64,000 nucleotides of DNA from the NCBI GenBank assembly GCA_012295275.1, contig CM022676.1:11222001-11286000 (forward strand), written 5' to 3'. The DNA comes from Chrysomallon squamiferum. Taxonomy: Eukaryota; Animalia; Mollusca. Numbering within the stretch: position 1 is the first letter of the stretch; the number at the start of each line of letters is the position of its first letter. Position numbers and translations under genes: made by a program. Positions 60,299 through 64,000 of the stretch are shown here, in pieces. Below the pieces are notes generated by a model. That model ran no database searches. It was not told the origin of the DNA and was given only the letters and a program-made list of their open reading frames with translations.

Positions 60299-61835
60299 TA
60301 ATTATTAATTTTTCTAAAGAAATGACATTCAGGATATATGTTTGATAATAATCACAAACTGCAACACAGACACACACACACACACAGACACACACACAGA
60401 CACACACACACACTAACACACATGTAATTATTAATATGTTTGATAATAATCACAAACACGGTGGCTTGATCCGAACTGAACAAACATCGTCTGCTAAAAA
60501 TATGTTCTTATTTTAAAAAGATTAAAAAAAGAGTGTACACAATAACAACTATTACTATTACTACTACTAATAAAAGTAATATAAATACTACTACTGGTAG
60601 TAGTAGTAATACTAATATCTTCTTCACTCTGATACCCCCTTTTTGTCTGTACCTGACTTAATTTTGTGAAACACTTTTGACTACGTAGGTTCAAAACGTG
60701 ACTAACAGGATGACGTATGTTTTGCCTGAAGATGAACAGTATCAACACTGACGTGTCAGTGTGTACACGTGACTAAGTGTCAACCTCTTTGTACGTCTGA
60801 TAGTTGTATTACATTTTTTATTAACCAGATCCAGTATTATGTTCATCGTTTAATTTCAGATAGGATTTATTTTTCCAGTGTGTGTGAATGTGTGTATGTG
60901 TGTGTATGTGAGAATGTGTGTGTGTGTGTGTGTGTTAGTGTGCGAATGTGTGTGTATGTGAGTGTGTATGTGTGTGTGTGAGAGAGAGAGATATTTCAAA
61001 TAATTTCATTTTCTCTCGAGTTTGTTATTCATGGTGATTAATGATATTTAACAAAGACCCGATTCCAGCAACTTTATTATTCTAATTTAAAAATAAATAA
61101 TAAATAATCCTTATACTCTCTTTGACAAACAATAATAACTTTTGCTCAATGATATTTGTTACACACACACACACACATATGCAAAATAAAAATATGAAAG
61201 TATTTTTCAGTAAACAAATAGAATGCTATTTGAAATATTTCGAGTTAGTTTATACAGTTTACGGTGAATGGAGATGTGAAAAGCTATTGAAAATAAAATA
61301 ATAAAAATAAAAATAATAATAATAAAAGGTTGTCGCTGAAGAAGAAAAATGCCTTTGTTCGTCGGTGAAACCAGATCTTACATTCATCTCCTTACAGTCG
61401 TCATAGGCAAGTTTTTTGTTTTTTCCTCCTTGACACTATTCACATTAGCTCTGAACAAACGTCGGAGATTTTACTTTGTCATTTCGAACTTTTCTTTCCT
61501 GGGGTCAGAATATATGTATATTTATATATAACTAAAAACATTTTTAAAAAGAGAAAAAGAAAACAATGCCTTTGTCACAAAAACAGAAAGTAGCGGCCAC
61601 ATGTGTTGAAATAAGTTTTGTTTGTTTTTGTAAACTATTAAATAGAGCTCACATAATATTCAGTCCACTTCACTTTAGATAAATACAGTGCGAATCAGCT
61701 GCACATTATCAACATTTTTCATATAATAATTAATATTCGGAAATCAATTTAATTATACTGACAGAAAATAATAATTGTTACACACACACAAATAGACAAA
61801 CACACACAAACACATGTATATGTAGGTGTATCTCG

Positions 61836-62160
<325 letters not shown>

Positions 62161-62849
62161 TGCATTCCCACTCTTTCTTATGAATGTCTGCATTCTGCTC
62201 CATCTTGTGTGTACCTGAATTAACAACACAAAACCAAACACTTGAGAATTGCTCTCTCATTCAAACAAACATAAATATCCGTGCTTGGTTTAGTCAAATT
62301 ATAAAATATATAATATAATAACATGAATTTAATCATTTATTTATTTATTTAGTTTAAATAGGATGAAATAAAGCTATTTGATATATAGAAGGAATATATT
62401 ATTTCATTACTGTTGTGTGTACGTGACTAAAATCATATAATCATGCTTTTCATTCGTGCAGTTTATTGATTTATCTTGCGAAAAGACCTGATACCGCCAG
62501 TCTTACCTTTCTCTGTCCTATAAACCAGTTGCTGTGTCTATTATTATTGAAAATTAATCATATGCACAAACTATGTTATTGTAGTTGTTGCTTTTAGTGT
62601 TGTTTACATAACAGTGAGTCTTACTCCTCCCTAAGTGGCCAGCAACAACATCACCATGTGCCAACAGCAACACCATCATCATGTGCCAACAGCAACAACA
62701 TCATCACGTGCCAACAGCAACAATGATGGACGGTATTTAGAGTGCACCACAATTCTACATCTTGTCACACATTCCCCACGCTCAGTCATAAACGTCTCCA
62801 CCATCTTATTCATTAAAACGCCTTTGTTCACATAACAACCTGACATCTG

Positions 62850-63900
62850 ATCTTCCAATTCATCCTGACATAACGCTGCAGGACGAGCTGCCAGTGAATC
62901 AGCCCCCGCTCTTGAATTAACTGTCGTCTGTCACAAGGTAAAGTGCTTTTCTCAAACCGGTTCCTTTACCCTCGGCGGTACACCGCGCGTACTTCTTCAG
63001 TTCATGTATTTTACTAATAACCTCGTTCATTTCATTTTCCATGGCTCAGACAAAGCATAAACATCAACTGCTGGCCTAGTGATTACACCAGCAGGATATC
63101 CAGTGTCTCCGCTCTCTTCTGTTCATAAAGTCTCATCTTCCTTTATCAACTGACCTCTTTTCGGCTGGCAACACTGATTAGTCAAATCATTACCCAGCAA
63201 AACTCGCACGTTTGCAAGCTGTAAGTCTTTCGCAGCCGTCACAGACTCTGAACACAAGAAAACCTTGTGTAACCGGAACCCCTAATCTCCCCGGTAACCG
63301 AGGTCAAACTCTGTCCTGTATCCGAATTCTTAAAACCATCTGTATAATCTGAAACTGTGAGGACTCGTTACACCGACCTTCGCATTCAAGTCCTGATAGG
63401 CATCACAAACCATATCTCTGGACACATACGGGTTTACTTTTCCAGTAATTCTAGCTGAGCTGACCTCACTAAACCGACTACCTGGGCAGTATTGTGCTTT
63501 CTTTTGAAACAGTCCCCGATAAGATGGTTTTCGCCATCACTCACTGAGTAGTCCTCTCATCACTCACTGAGTAGTCCTCGCATCACTCACTGAGTAGTCC
63601 TCTCATCACTCACTGAGTAGTCCTCTCATCACTCACTGAGTAGTCCTCTCATCACTCACTGAGTAGTCCTCGCATCACTCACTGAGTTATAAGCTAACGC
63701 CCTATCTTCTCTTTCTCTTTCGTATTGAAACTTTTTAAAGGCTAACTGTCAACTCTTTTATCTGTCGAACAATCTCACTTTCTTCCAGATCATGCTTATC
63801 ACCTAAAACTTCTTTGATAATACTTTCCCTTATCTCGCCTAATGTCTTAGCTGATGATAAATCAATTTCCATCTCACTCTCGATTTCAACTAATTCGGCT
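62850..63900 (-). mobile_element. Heavily decayed, internally deleted Ty3/Gypsy LTR-retrotransposon relic (gag-protease plus an RNase H-like scrap)
   Basis: Minus-strand fragments in order: gag-like N-terminus (AELVEI...EIRESIIKEVL), half zinc knuckle (HLIGDC), aspartic protease DTG-QSL (63314-63322), LHKVFLCSE...VLLGNDL, YPAGVITR, and LIHWQLVLQRY (cf. RWxLxLQEY). Multiple stops and frameshifts. Confidence 0.65.
63535..63687. repeat. 23-bp minisatellite (catcactcactgagtagtcctct) inside the Gypsy relic
   Basis: About 6.5 copies; it interrupts the gag zinc knuckle. Confidence 0.9.
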
Positions 63901-64000
63901 TTATGTATGTATGTATGTGTGTGTGTGTCTGTATACACACACACACACACACACACACATGCATGTACGTATAGCGTACTTATTCGCTTTAGTGAACAGA

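Overview
AT-rich, microsatellite-rich eukaryotic DNA with spliceosomal introns. It is probably from an invertebrate, likely a mollusc or other lophotrochozoan; this is inferred from gene content and repeat style only. Hand-built gene models, left to right: (1) a VWDE/D8C-domain secreted protein (minus, runs off the left edge); (2) a degraded spliced relic; (3) a complete 6-exon BAG1 (minus); (4) head-to-head with it, an intact 219-aa AID/APOBEC-fold protein lacking all three zinc ligands and the catalytic Glu; (5) a C2H2 zinc-finger gene with a frame break (minus); (6) a single-coding-exon BTB-BACK-Kelch gene; (7) a complete 20-coding-exon classical calpain (685 aa) with a U12-type intron and an 18-nt microexon; (8) an orphan secreted precursor with two KR sites (minus); (9) a decayed Ty3/Gypsy relic. 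The most unusual observations are the APOBEC-like pseudo-deaminase and calpain intron 9. That intron is built almost entirely from splicing signals: about 90 copies of a unit matching the U1 snRNA 5' end plus a branch-point motif, then ten tandem copies of the 3' splice site, of which only the last gives the full-length protein. All assignments come from reading motifs by eye; no database searches were run.
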